Of a stretch of 64,000 nucleotides of DNA, positions 1 to 11,793 are shown piece by piece; the first letter of the stretch is position 1, and the number at the start of each line of letters is the position of its first letter. Source of the DNA: Candidatus Multivoradales bacterium (GTDB lineage Bacteria > Acidobacteriota > Thermoanaerobaculia > Multivoradales > JAHEKO01); NCBI GenBank assembly GCA_965223855.1, contig CBDCXM010000009.1, forward strand, positions 2,320,900 through 2,384,899. Direction: 5' to 3'. The notes under the pieces were generated by a model, which saw nothing but the letters and a program-made list of their open reading frames with translations, was not told the origin of the DNA and did not search any database. Made by a program: the position numbers and the translations under genes.

Positions 1-343
1 GTGCCTCGACGTGCTCCCACCCCTCGGCGACCATGCGCCGCTCGAGAACCCGGCGGCCCCTTGCCAGCAGCTGCAGCGCTTCGGCGGCGTTCATCGCCGA
101 ATGGAAGAAGCACTCCCGGCACAGCGCCTTGCGTTCCTCGAGGGGCAGCTCGGGGAAGGCGATCTCGAGATGCTCGAGGCTGCGCCGCCGATAGCGGCCG
201 TTGGTGCGGTAGAGCAGCCACCCGAGCCCCCGACCGAAGCCGCGCAGCGCCCGGTAGGGAAGCCGCCCGACCGTGTGGACCAGGCACGGCAGCAGCAGGG
301 CGAGGGCGCCCGAGCGCAGCCGGCGGTAGAGCGGGCGGCTCAC
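1..343 (-). CDS. Lipid A lauroyl/myristoyl acyltransferase (LpxL/HtrB family), 3' end runs off window
   Basis: Own translation from GTG 343: SRPLYRRLRSGALALLLPCLVHTVGRLPYRALRGFGRGLGWLLYRTNGRYRRRSLEHLEIAFPELPLEER...EGWEHVEA, a typical LpxL N-terminus; directly downstream of kdsC. Confidence 0.8.
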   Translation of the reverse strand, partial: MSRPLYRRLRSGALALLLPCLVHTVGRLPYRALRGFGRGLGWLLYRTNGRYRRRSLEHLEIAFPELPLEERKALCRECFFHSAMNAAEALQLLARGRRVLERRMVAEGWEHVEA

Positions 344-352
344 TCGCCGCGC

Positions 353-922
353 CTATTCAGTGTCAGGGAGCTGGCGGTCGAAGGTGAACGGCCGGAAGAC
401 ATCGTCCCAGTCGCCGCGCGCCCGCAGGATCGCCTCGATCGCTTCTCGCACGCAGCCCCTCCCGCCGCCGGCGTCGAGCACCCGGTGCACCACCGTCCTG
501 ACCTCGGGGGCCGCGTCGGCCGGGGCGAACGCCAGCCCGCAGCGCGCCAGCACCACCAGGTCGTTGAGGTCGTCGCCGATGAAGGCGATCTGGCGCACCG
601 TCAGGTTGCTGTCTTCGAGGAAGGCGTCGAGCGCCGCCCCCTTGTCGCTGATGCCGTCGAGGATCGGATCGAGGTCGAGCTCACGCGCCCGGTGCTCGAG
701 GGCGGGGGAGGAGCGGCCGGTGATCACGCCGGTGCGCAGCCCCGCACGCTGGGCGAGCCGCAGCCCCATGCCGTCGCGCACGTCGAAGCGCAGGAGGCCG
801 TGCCCCCGGCGGTCATAGTAGAGCCCGCCGTCGGTCAGCACCCCGTCGACATCGCACAGCAGGCACTCGATGTCTGCCGCGCGGCGGGCAAAATCCTCGT
901 CGCTCGTCACGAGCGTGTTCAT
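353..922 (-). CDS. kdsC: KDO 8-phosphate phosphatase (HAD family)
   Basis: DVDGVLTDG and FIGDDLND motifs; kds cluster. Confidence 0.93.
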   Translation of the reverse strand: MNTLVTSDEDFARRAADIECLLCDVDGVLTDGGLYYDRRGHGLLRFDVRDGMGLRLAQRAGLRTGVITGRSSPALEHRARELDLDPILDGISDKGAALDAFLEDSNLTVRQIAFIGDDLNDLVVLARCGLAFAPADAAPEVRTVVHRVLDAGGGRGCVREAIEAILRARGDWDDVFRPFTFDRQLPDTE

Positions 923-949
923 CGCCAGCGCCCCATCAGAAGTGCCCCA

Positions 950-1920
950 TCAGAAAAGCTCCAGCCCCCAAAGGTCGTGCAGGTGAACGACCCCCTCGAG
1001 CACGCCGCCGGCGTCGCAGACGAAGAGCGAGGTGATGCGATCGTCCTCCATCGCCTTGAGGGCCGCCGAGGCGGGCTTGTCGCCGTCGATCGTGTGCGGG
1101 GTGTCGTGCATGCACTCGCCGGCGCGCCGCTCGAGGAGCGACGGGTCGGCGGAGATCCGCCTCCTCAAGTCGCCGTCGGTGATGCAGCCCACCAGCATCC
1201 CGTCCCCGTCGATCACCGCGGTGATGCCGAGCCGCTTGTTCGACATCTCGTAGATCGCGTCCGGCATCGGCGTCTCCGGATCGACCGCCGGCAGCCGCTC
1301 GCCGCCGTGCATGACGTCGCGCACCGACAGCAGCCGGCGCCCCAGCCGGCCACCGGGATGGAGGCGCTTGAAGTCGTCGCGCGAGAAGCCGCGCACCTCG
1401 GCGAGCGCCATCGCCAGCGCGTCGCCGAGCGCCAGCGTCGCCGTCGTCGAGGCGGTTGGCGCCAGCTCCAGCGGGCACGCCTCCTTGTCGATCGCCGTCG
1501 GCAGGTGGAGGTCGGCGAGCTTCGCGACGGCGCTTTCGGCGTTGCCGGTCATGGCGATCATCGGCACGCCGAGCCGCTCGAGAATCTCTCCCAGCCGCAC
1601 CAGCTCCTCGGTCGAGCCGGAGTAGGAGGCGGCGAGCACAATGTCTTCCGGGGTCAGCATGCCGAGGTCGCCGTGGATCGCCTCCGCGGGGTGGAGGAAG
1701 AACGCCGGCGTGCCGGTGGAGGCGAGAGTCGCCGCGACCTTGCGCAGGACGAGGCCGCTCTTGCCCATGCCGGTGCACACGACCCGCCCTTCGCACGCCG
1801 CCAGCCGCTCGACCGCCCGGTCGAAGCTCTCGCCGAGCTGCTCGATCAGGCCGGCGACCGCCGCCGCCTCGATCTCGAGCACCTGACGGGCGACCTCGCG
1901 CGGCGCCCTCGTTTCCCCGC

Positions 1921-1924
<4 letters not shown>
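950..1924 (-). CDS. kdsD: Arabinose-5-phosphate isomerase, KpsF/GutQ family (SIS + 2 CBS)
   Basis: GMGKSG, HPAEAIHGDLG, HPGGRLG and C-terminal CBS pair; likely TTG start at 1924 overlapping the kdsA stop. Confidence 0.92.
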
Positions 1925-4445
<2,521 letters not shown>

Positions 4446-4471
4446 CTAGCTGAGCCGATGCGCGCGCACGT

Positions 4472-5224
4472 TCAACCCGTGCCGCCCGCGAGCAGCTCCC
4501 GGACCGCCTCCAGGTCCGCCATTGTATCGACCCCCGGCCACGCCTTCTCGACCTCGAGGACGCGGATCGGGATGCCGTTCTCGAGCGCCCGCAGTTGCTC
4601 GAGAGACTCCGTTCGTTCCAGCGGTGTCGGCTCGAGAGCCGCCAGCTCGAGGAGCGTCTCGCGCTGGTAGCCGTAGATGCCGATGTGCTTCAAAGGGGCC
4701 GCCCCGTCCAGCCGCGCGAACGGGATCGGCGCACGGCTGAAGTAGAGCGCCGTACCGTCGCGCGCGGTCACCACCTTGACGACGTCGGGGCTCGCGAACT
4801 CCTCCTCGCGCGCCGGGGCGGCCAGCGTCACCATCGGCACCTCCGGGTGCTCCACCAGGTGCTGGGCGAGGCGCGCGATTGCCGCACCGTCGAGGAGCGG
4901 CTCGTCCCCCTGCACGTTGACCACCGCCGCCGCTTCCCACCGGCGCGCCGCCCAGGCGATGCGGTCGGTACCGCTCGCACAGTCCGCGGGCGTCATCTCC
5001 ACGTTGCCGCCGAAGCCGCGCACCGCCGCCTCCACCCGCTCGTCGTCGGTCAGCACCACGGCCGCCAGCCCCGCCTCTTCGGCCCGCCGGTAGACGTGTT
5101 CGATCATCGGCCGGCCGGCGATCTCCAGGAGCACCTTGCCGGGCAGCCGGGTCGAGCCGTAGCGCGCCGGGATGGCGGCGACGACGGCGGATTCTCGCTG
5201 GTGGGGGGGCGGCGCGGGGTGCAC
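4472..5224 (-). CDS. kdsB: CMP-KDO synthetase
   Basis: IPARYGSTRLPGKVL, NVQGDEP, KHIGIYGY, LEQLRALE. Confidence 0.96.
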   Translation of the reverse strand: MHPAPPPHQRESAVVAAIPARYGSTRLPGKVLLEIAGRPMIEHVYRRAEEAGLAAVVLTDDERVEAAVRGFGGNVEMTPADCASGTDRIAWAARRWEAAAVVNVQGDEPLLDGAAIARLAQHLVEHPEVPMVTLAAPAREEEFASPDVVKVVTARDGTALYFSRAPIPFARLDGAAPLKHIGIYGYQRETLLELAALEPTPLERTESLEQLRALENGIPIRVLEVEKAWPGVDTMADLEAVRELLAGGTG

Positions 5225-5229
5225 GATTC

Positions 5230-5258
5230 AATGTACTCACCCCACTGTGGCGAGTCAA
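5230..5258 (-). promoter_or_regulatory. Sigma70-type promoter for kdsB-pyrG-kds operon
   Basis: Minus strand TTGACT (5258-5253), 17 nt, TACATT (5235-5230). Confidence 0.6.
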
Positions 5259-5323
5259 CGGGCCGAGACCATGGGCGAGCCCCGTTCGGCCCCGGCGAGC
5301 AGCACGGTACGATCCGCTCTTCC

Positions 5324-6436
5324 ATGAAGTCGCGCCCCTATCTCACGACCCTGGTGCTGCTGGCGATCGCGCTGGTGACGGCGCACTGGATCCTGCGCTC
5401 GCTCGAGATCCGCCCCGGGGTGCACGAGGCGCGCTGGATCTGGGCCGAGCAGCGCGACGAACAGGGGACGCCGATGGCGTTCTTCGCCGTGCGCGACTTC
5501 GACCTCGACTTCGAGCCGACCGCCGCCACCCTGTGGGTCGCAGCCGACGAGGAGTACCAGGTCGGCCTCAACTCGGACGCCTTCGGCGTCGGCCGCCTCA
5601 CTCACTCGGAGGGTGGTGCGGTGGTGATCGACCACTACCGGGTGGAAGACGTGCTCGAGGTCGGATCGAACCAGCTCGCCATCGAGGCTCGGAGCAGCCG
5701 CGGCGCAGGCGGCCTGATGGCCCATCTCGACGTCGAGGGCGCGAACGGCGAGCGCTGGAGACTGTCGACCGACGAGGCGTGGCGCATCGTCCGGGGTGCG
5801 CCGGCGGAGGGACGATTCCCGCCCGGCGGCGAGGAGCCGGTGGTCTGGGGCCGCGCTCCCAGCGGCCGCTGGGCGAAGCTCGACTCGAGCGGCGACGAGA
5901 CCCTCACCCTCGGCGCGCTCCAGGGCGAGCGGCGAATCCGCCCGCAACTCGCCGAGCGCTGGCGCCGGCCGCGCGAGCCGTGGCAGAAGGCGGAGGGGTA
6001 CCTGGCACCCCGCATCGGCCCGTGGGTCACCTTCGACTTCGGCCGCGAGCGCACCGGCTTCGTCAACCTCAAGTACGACGACGGCCAGTCCTCTGCAGGC
6101 AGGCCGGGAGTGGGATTTCTCTACTACTCGCGGCACGAGCCCAAGGACGGCCTCGAGCACCCGGACGAGGTGATCCTGCGGGTCCGCGGCCGCACCAACT
6201 GGGCGCCGAGCCGGCCGGCGACCTTCCGCTTCGTAACGGCGATCGGTTCCCCGTCGATCGTCGCCGCGGAGATCCTGCCGGTCGACCCCCGAATCGCCGC
6301 CGAGCGACTGCTGCGACCGACGCCCGGAAGCCTCTTCGGCGTCGACCGCAAGAAGACCCTAATGTCGCCGGCTGAGCACGAACTCCGGCGCCAGCTCGAG
6401 GGCTTCCCGGGCCTGGCTGGGCGGAAAGAAGGCTAG
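5324..6436 (+). CDS. Membrane-anchored protein with alpha-L-rhamnosidase N-terminal-like beta-sandwich domains
   Basis: N-terminal TM; ARWIW, VAADEEYQVGLN, WVTFDFGRERTGFV resemble GH78 non-catalytic domains; ATG at 5324. Confidence 0.55.
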   Translation: MKSRPYLTTLVLLAIALVTAHWILRSLEIRPGVHEARWIWAEQRDEQGTPMAFFAVRDFDLDFEPTAATLWVAADEEYQVGLNSDAFGVGRLTHSEGGAVVIDHYRVEDVLEVGSNQLAIEARSSRGAGGLMAHLDVEGANGERWRLSTDEAWRIVRGAPAEGRFPPGGEEPVVWGRAPSGRWAKLDSSGDETLTLGALQGERRIRPQLAERWRRPREPWQKAEGYLAPRIGPWVTFDFGRERTGFVNLKYDDGQSSAGRPGVGFLYYSRHEPKDGLEHPDEVILRVRGRTNWAPSRPATFRFVTAIGSPSIVAAEILPVDPRIAAERLLRPTPGSLFGVDRKKTLMSPAEHELRRQLEGFPGLAGRKEG

Positions 6437-7381
6437 CTGCCGCTTCGCCTCCTCGGCATAGCCGAGGGCGAGCTCGCGGGTCTCCTCGAGCGTCCCTTCC
6501 GAGTGGACGATGTCGAGGATGTCCTCCGTCGAGGCGCGGGCGAAGGCGCCGTCCTCGAGCACGTGGGCGATCGCCGCGCGGCGCCGGTCATCGACCCGCG
6601 GCAGCGCCAGCAGGAGCGGCAGCGTCAGCTTGCCCTCCTTCAAGTCGGAGAGCACCGGCTTGCCGAGCTCGCGCTCGCGGGCGGTGAAGTCGAGCAGGTC
6701 GTCCACCAGCTGGAAGCAGATGCCGAGTGCCTTGCCGTACTCCGAGAGCACCTGCGCGGCGTCGGCGCGCTCCGGCGTCATCAGCGCCGGTGAAGACGCG
6801 GCGGCGGCGAAGAGATGCGCGGTCTTCCGCTCGATGATCGAGAAGTACTCCTCGCGGGTGAGATCGATCGCCCCCAGGCGGTCGAGCGCCAGCAGCTCGC
6901 CCTCGGTCATTCGCAACGTCGCGTCGCACAGCCGCTGCACGACCTTGAGATTCCCGTGCGACAGCGCCATCTGCATCGAGGTGGTGTAGAGCCAGTCCCC
7001 CAGCAGCACCGTCTTGCTGTTGCCCCATACCTCGTTCACCGTCGGCTTGGAGCGGCGCAACGGCGCGTGGTCGATGATGTCGTCGTGAATCAGCGTCGCC
7101 GAGTGGATCAGCTCGACCACCGCGGCGTAGGTCACCTCTTCCTCGCTGTCGCGCTCGAGCATCTCCGCCGCCAGCAGCACCAGCGCCGGCCGCATCCGCT
7201 TGCCGCCCCCCTCGAAGATGTAGGCGCCGGCCTCTTCGATGAACGGCACGTCGGAGGCGAGGCTGCGGCGGAACACGTCCTCGGTCTGCGCCAGCTTGTC
7301 GGCGATGAGGGCGAAGTAGCGCGCGCCGGTCGACAGCCGGATCGTCGACCTCAGGGCGGATTTGGAGGCTTCGAGGGTCAC
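6359..7381 (-). CDS. ispB: Polyprenyl diphosphate synthase (IspB-like)
   Basis: GGGKRMRP, LIHDDIID, FQLVDDLLD. Confidence 0.88.
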   Translation of the reverse strand: MTLEASKSALRSTIRLSTGARYFALIADKLAQTEDVFRRSLASDVPFIEEAGAYIFEGGGKRMRPALVLLAAEMLERDSEEEVTYAAVVELIHSATLIHDDIIDHAPLRRSKPTVNEVWGNSKTVLLGDWLYTTSMQMALSHGNLKVVQRLCDATLRMTEGELLALDRLGAIDLTREEYFSIIERKTAHLFAAAASSPALMTPERADAAQVLSEYGKALGICFQLVDDLLDFTARERELGKPVLSDLKEGKLTLPLLLALPRVDDRRRAAIAHVLEDGAFARASTEDILDIVHSEGTLEETRELALGYAEEAKRQLAFFPPSQAREALELAPEFVLSRRH

Positions 7382-7388
7382 GGGGGCC

Positions 7389-8159
7389 CTATGGGTCGAT
7401 CGGGTCGAACGTCAGCTCTTCGGTCAACTCGCCGTCGAGGAAGCGGTAGGCACGCCCGTCGGCGAAGTACCACCACGTGGTCTCGGTGCCGTAGGGGAGG
7501 GCGAGCGACTCGGTGCGGTCGGGGGAGCCGTGGCGCTCGCGGATCCGGTCCTTGTCGGCACCGCTCTCTCGCGGGGAGGCGCTCCCGGTGGCCGAACTCG
7601 GACGGCTGTTGGTCGAGGAACCCGAGGGCGCAGTCGAGTAGGTCGGAGGCGAGGAAGCCGGGGGAGAGGCGGACTCGCTCCTCCGACTCGGCGCCGCCGT
7701 CTCCGCCGGATCGTCCCCAAGGACGAAGCTCACGATCACCGGCGATCCGCGCAGGATGCGGCGCGACAAGTCGGCTCTGTCCTCCACGTAGTAGCCGTCC
7801 GCGCCGAAGTCGCCGACCGAGAGCTCGAAGCGGTTGTAGTAGTCGTGCCACGTCCAGGTGATGGCATAGCGCCCGATCTTGTCGGTGATCGCCGTGCGCT
7901 GCTGGAGGCCCTGCTTCGATCGACCCATCTGCCGCGGACTCAGGCTCTTGAGGCTGAAGCCGCGGCGGTAGACCTCGAGCACCACCGTGCGCCCCTTCAG
8001 CGGATTGCCGGCGGCGTCGGTCACCGCGCCGGTGATCTCGATCTCCTGCCCCTCGGCGAACGGTGCACGGGCGGCGGCCGGGCCGGCTATTGCCATGCAA
8101 GCCAGCGCCAGAGCGAGAAGCTTGAGGCAGGGCAGGTTGTGAAGCGGGCGCGGTCTCAT
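7389..8159 (-). CDS. Secreted hypothetical protein (carboxypeptidase-regulatory-like N-terminus, BamE/SmpA-like C-terminus)
   Basis: Signal peptide; ITGAVTDAAGNPL; C-terminal RERHGSPD...TWWY...YRFLDGEL. Confidence 0.5.
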   Translation of the reverse strand: MRPRPLHNLPCLKLLALALACMAIAGPAAARAPFAEGQEIEITGAVTDAAGNPLKGRTVVLEVYRRGFSLKSLSPRQMGRSKQGLQQRTAITDKIGRYAITWTWHDYYNRFELSVGDFGADGYYVEDRADLSRRILRGSPVIVSFVLGDDPAETAAPSRRSESASPPASSPPTYSTAPSGSSTNSRPSSATGSASPRESGADKDRIRERHGSPDRTESLALPYGTETTWWYFADGRAYRFLDGELTEELTFDPIDP

Positions 8160-8330
8160 GTCACTCGATCGCCGGCGGCGGCTGGGCACGCCCGCCCCGA
8201 CACGGCCGCATTATATGGAGTCCGGTCGCCCCGGTCCGGTCGCTGCAATTGTGGAAGCAGCGCTCGCCCGCGGCGGGCAGCCTTGCCGCTAAGTTCGCCC
8301 GCGATCCGCCGAGCGGATGCGGTGCCCCGC

Positions 8331-8987
8331 CTACTCCTCGAACCAGTCGAGCTCGGCAGGCGGCACGAACCGGCTCGAGTCCTCGACTGGCCGATGGCCG
8401 CTGAAGCGGAAGGTCGTCGCGTTGCCCTCGACGTCCGACCACTCGAGCCCGACCAGCCGGCCGCTCGCGACCCCGAAGAGAAGCGTCGCTCCCTCGATGA
8501 CGTCGCCTTCGGTCTGCGGCGTCATGGCGACACGGTGGACGGCCGTGCCGTCGTCGAGTGCCCCCGCCTCGAGCGCCGCGGCGTAGTGCTCGCGCAGCGC
8601 CTCGAGATCGAGCCGCAGAAGATCCAGGTGCCGCCGGTCGCGCTCCGCCACCTCACCGCGCCGCCCCGCCGACTCGCCCTCGTTCCACGAGTAGGCGGCG
8701 GTGCCGACGATCAGGAAGGTGCGCGGGTAGGGCTGCTGGTAGTCCCAGCGCAGCGACCCTGGAAGTGCGATCGCCACCGTCCCGGTCTCGCTGTCACCGC
8801 TCGAGAAGCCCGCCGGCACATAGGTCTGGGTGAAGTCCGCCGTCCACGCCCCCTGCTCGAAGGCGCTGCGGGCCTCCGACAGCACCCCCCAGGCGTCCTG
8901 CGCCACAGCCGGACTAGGAGCTGCCGGAAGGACAGGCAAGGCTGCGGCCAGCAAGAGCGCGCAGTAGACCAACCTCCTGCCCCTCAA
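8331..8987 (-). CDS. lolA: Outer-membrane lipoprotein carrier LolA family
   Basis: Signal peptide, WTADFTQ, GTVAIALPGSLRWDY. Confidence 0.75.
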   Translation of the reverse strand: MRGRRLVYCALLLAAALPVLPAAPSPAVAQDAWGVLSEARSAFEQGAWTADFTQTYVPAGFSSGDSETGTVAIALPGSLRWDYQQPYPRTFLIVGTAAYSWNEGESAGRRGEVAERDRRHLDLLRLDLEALREHYAAALEAGALDDGTAVHRVAMTPQTEGDVIEGATLLFGVASGRLVGLEWSDVEGNATTFRFSGHRPVEDSSRFVPPAELDWFEE

Positions 8988-10534
8988 TGCCGGAAGTGGC
9001 GCGTGCTCGTCATCAGCATCGCCATCCCATGCTCGTCGGCTGCCGCCACGACCTCGTCGTCGCGCTTGCTGCCGCCCGGTTGCACGATCGCCGTCACCCC
9101 GGCCTCCGCCAGCACGTCGACCCCGTCGCGAAACGGAAAGAAGGCGTCGGAGGCGGCGGCCGTACCCTCGGTCGGCAGTTCAGCCTTGGTGATCGCCAGC
9201 CGGCAGGCGTCGACCCGGCTCATCTGCCCGGCGCCGATACCGACCGTCTGGTCCTCGCCGGCGAGCAGGATGGCGTTGGACTTGACGTGGCGCACGGCGT
9301 TCCAGGCGAATTCGAGGGCGTGTTGCTCGGCGTCGGTCGGCTGGCGCTTCGTCGGGCAGCTCCAGGCGCCGACGTCCGCCGGCGTGCCGTCCACCGACTG
9401 GGCCAGAAACCCGCCGTCGATCGAGCGGTATTCCACCGTGCGGCTGGTCGGCGCCCAGGCGGGGGCGGTGACGACACGCAGGTTCTTCTTGGCGCCGAAG
9501 CGCTCCAGCGCCGCCTCGTCGAACTCCGGCGCGATCACCACTTCGACAAAGAGCTCAGCCATCGCCGCCGCCAGCTCCGCGTCGATCGCCTGATTGCAGG
9601 CGACGATCGAGCCGAACGCCGACACCGGGTCGCAGGCCAGAGCCCGCTGGTACGCCTCGGTGGGGGAAGCGCCGCGCCCGACCCCGCACGGGTTGTTGTG
9701 CTTGACGATCGCGATCGCGGGCGCGTCGAAGTGCGCCACCAACCGTCGCGCCGCATCGGCGTCGAGCAGGTTGTTGTAGGAGAGCTCCTTCCCCTGGTGC
9801 TGGACGAACCCACCGAAGACGCCGTCCTCACCCGCCGTGCGATAGAGCGCCGAGCGCTGGTGCGGGTTCTCGCCGTAGCGCGGCTCGAACTCACGCTCCA
9901 GATCCAGGACGGAATGGCGCAGGAACAGCTCGTCCGCATCCCCGCCGATCTTGCTCTCCAACCAGTGGGCGATCGCCGCGTCGTACGCCTGGGTGTGGCG
10001 AAACGCCTTGATCGCGAGGCTCCGTCGCAGCGCCTGCGGCACCACACCTTCGCCCTCTTCGAGCGCCGCCAGCACCTGCGGATAGTCGTCCGGCTCCACC
10101 ACCACGACCACCCCCTGGTGGTTCTTCGCCGCCCCGCGCACCATCGACGGCCCGCCGATGTCGATCATCTCCACCGTCTCCTCGAACGAAGCGCCGCGCG
10201 CCACCGTCTCGCGGAACGGGTAGAGATTCACCACCACCAGATCGATCGGCGTGATCGCGTGCTCGTTGAGCGAGGTCAGGTGAGCGGCCCGTTCCCGGTC
10301 CGCCAGGATCCCGCCGTGAATCGCCGGGTGGAGCGTCTTCACCCGCCCGTCGAGGATCTCCGGGAACCCGGTGACGTCCGCCACCGGCAGCACCGGCACC
10401 CGCGCCTCGGTCAGCGCCCTCTTCGTCCCCCCGGTCGAGAGGATCTCGATCCCCATCTCCGCGAGCCCCTTGGCGAACTCCACCAGGCCGCGTTTGTCGT
10501 ACACCGAGACCAGCGCTCGTCGGGCTTTCAGCAT
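8984..10534 (-). CDS. purH: Bifunctional AICAR transformylase/IMP cyclohydrolase
   Basis: ALVSVYDK, GRVKTLHP, RYGENPHQ, ASDAFFPF. Confidence 0.98.
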   Translation of the reverse strand: MLKARRALVSVYDKRGLVEFAKGLAEMGIEILSTGGTKRALTEARVPVLPVADVTGFPEILDGRVKTLHPAIHGGILADRERAAHLTSLNEHAITPIDLVVVNLYPFRETVARGASFEETVEMIDIGGPSMVRGAAKNHQGVVVVVEPDDYPQVLAALEEGEGVVPQALRRSLAIKAFRHTQAYDAAIAHWLESKIGGDADELFLRHSVLDLEREFEPRYGENPHQRSALYRTAGEDGVFGGFVQHQGKELSYNNLLDADAARRLVAHFDAPAIAIVKHNNPCGVGRGASPTEAYQRALACDPVSAFGSIVACNQAIDAELAAAMAELFVEVVIAPEFDEAALERFGAKKNLRVVTAPAWAPTSRTVEYRSIDGGFLAQSVDGTPADVGAWSCPTKRQPTDAEQHALEFAWNAVRHVKSNAILLAGEDQTVGIGAGQMSRVDACRLAITKAELPTEGTAAASDAFFPFRDGVDVLAEAGVTAIVQPGGSKRDDEVVAAADEHGMAMLMTSTRHFRH

Positions 10535-10579
10535 GGGATCGTCATCTCGTCGTCTTCAGAGTTCGAGGAGGCCGGGCCG

Positions 10580-11311
10580 TCACGGACTCGACGGTGCGGT
10601 CAGTTCCGGGAACTGCCGCAGGTCGCGCCCGCCTGCCCGCAGCCAGATATATCGAAACACCCCGATCGTGTCACTGATCGCATGGCTGTAGGCGAGCGCC
10701 GAGATGCCGAACGCGGTCGAGCGATCGTCGAAGAGCTTCCTCCCATCGCCGTAGTGGATGCGGTCGTACTCCGAAGCCAGCATCGGATAGCTCGACCGCC
10801 CCCGCGAGAAGGCGCGCGACACCAGCGCCGAAAGGTGCTCCGGCCGCTCCACCCGCCGCCCGTCGCCGTACCAGGTCGCGTTGAAGCGGTGCTGCGCGCT
10901 CTCCACGTACTGCGACCAGTTGCGGGCGTAGCGAGCCTCGTTCGGATCCCGATTGCTCACCACTAGCGGGTTGTTCGCCACCGCAACGTAGTGCGACACC
11001 TGCCCGAGCCGCTGCACGATCTCCGCGAACGGCTTGTGCGCCCGGATCGCCTGCACCGCGTTCTCGATCTCCTCGAGCAGCACCTCGTCGAGCGGCCGGC
11101 CGAGCTGCGGGTCCTCGATCGCCGACAGCACCCCTTCTCGGAGCGCCGCCGGGTGCTTCTCGATCTGCCGCGCCAGGTCGCGCGGCGCGTACTCCGCCGC
11201 CCGCTTCGCCATCGTCACCTCCGTGTGTGGCGTCCATGCCGCAAGGAGGCCGACGACGGCCAGCAACGGCCATCGGGGAAGCGAACCGGAGGGGGTGGAG
11301 AAGCGCGACAT
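10580..11311 (-). CDS. Secreted hypothetical protein, phospholipase C/P1-nuclease-like fold with degenerate Zn ligands
   Basis: Signal then WTPHTE; LGQVSHYVAVANNPL resembles LGxxxHYVxDxxQPLH; ATG at 11311. Confidence 0.5.
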   Translation of the reverse strand: MSRFSTPSGSLPRWPLLAVVGLLAAWTPHTEVTMAKRAAEYAPRDLARQIEKHPAALREGVLSAIEDPQLGRPLDEVLLEEIENAVQAIRAHKPFAEIVQRLGQVSHYVAVANNPLVVSNRDPNEARYARNWSQYVESAQHRFNATWYGDGRRVERPEHLSALVSRAFSRGRSSYPMLASEYDRIHYGDGRKLFDDRSTAFGISALAYSHAISDTIGVFRYIWLRAGGRDLRQFPELTAPSSP

Positions 11312-11333
11312 CGGCGGTATCTTAGGCGAAGCG

Positions 11334-11597
11334 ATGGCGACCACGATCCAGCCGGCGAAGAGCCTCGACGTCCGCGGCCTCCTGTGCCCGATCCCGGTCA
11401 CGAAGGCGCGCCAGGCCGTGCTCGAGATCCCGGTCGGTGAGCTGCTCGAAGTCGTCGGCGACGACCCCTTCATGACCCTCGACTTCCCGGCCTGGTGCGA
11501 CCTCTGCGAGCACGAGCTGGTGGAGTGTGAGCGGGAAGGCGACGAGGTGCGCTGCCTGGTGCGGCGAGGGGAGCCGGTGGGCCCCGATCCTGCTTGA
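11334..11597 (+). CDS. TusA/SirA-family sulfurtransferase
   Basis: LDVRGLLCPIP, DDP...DFPAWC. Confidence 0.85.
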   Translation: MATTIQPAKSLDVRGLLCPIPVTKARQAVLEIPVGELLEVVGDDPFMTLDFPAWCDLCEHELVECEREGDEVRCLVRRGEPVGPDPA

Positions 11598-11622
11598 CGG
11601 TCCCTGGCCGGACTGCTAGAAA
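11594..11622 (+). promoter_or_regulatory. Sigma70 promoter of tRNA-Phe
   Basis: TTGACG (11594-11599), 17 nt, extended TGn-TAGAAA (11617-11622). Confidence 0.6.
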
Positions 11623-11650
11623 CTGCGCTCCGGGCTTTCCACCCGGTCGT

Positions 11651-11726
11651 GCCCAGGTAGCTCAGTTGGTAGAGCACCTGACTGAAAATCAGGGTGTCGG
11701 TGGTTCGATTCCGCCCCTGGGCACCA
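11651..11726 (+). tRNA. tRNA-Phe (GAA), CCA encoded
   Basis: Acceptor GCCCAGG/CCTGGGC, anticodon arm CCTGA-CTGAAAA-TCAGG, T loop TTCGATT, ends ACCA; 76 nt. Confidence 0.98.
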
Positions 11727-11743
11727 TTAGAATTAACAAGTTA

Positions 11744-11770
11744 CGGCCCGCCGCTTGGCGGGCCGATTTC
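11744..11770 (+). terminator. Intrinsic terminator-like hairpin after tRNA-Phe
   Basis: CGGCCCGCC-GCTT-GGCGGGCCG followed by ATTTCTT. Confidence 0.65.
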
Positions 11771-11773
11771 TTC

Positions 11774-11793
11774 TAGCAATCACATAGCAATCA
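11774..11793 (+). repeat. Tandem 9-bp direct repeat TAGCAATCA, candidate integrase arm-type sites
   Basis: TAGCAATCA at 11774-11782 and 11785-11793, AT-rich, about 50 bp from the tRNA 3' end. Confidence 0.45.
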
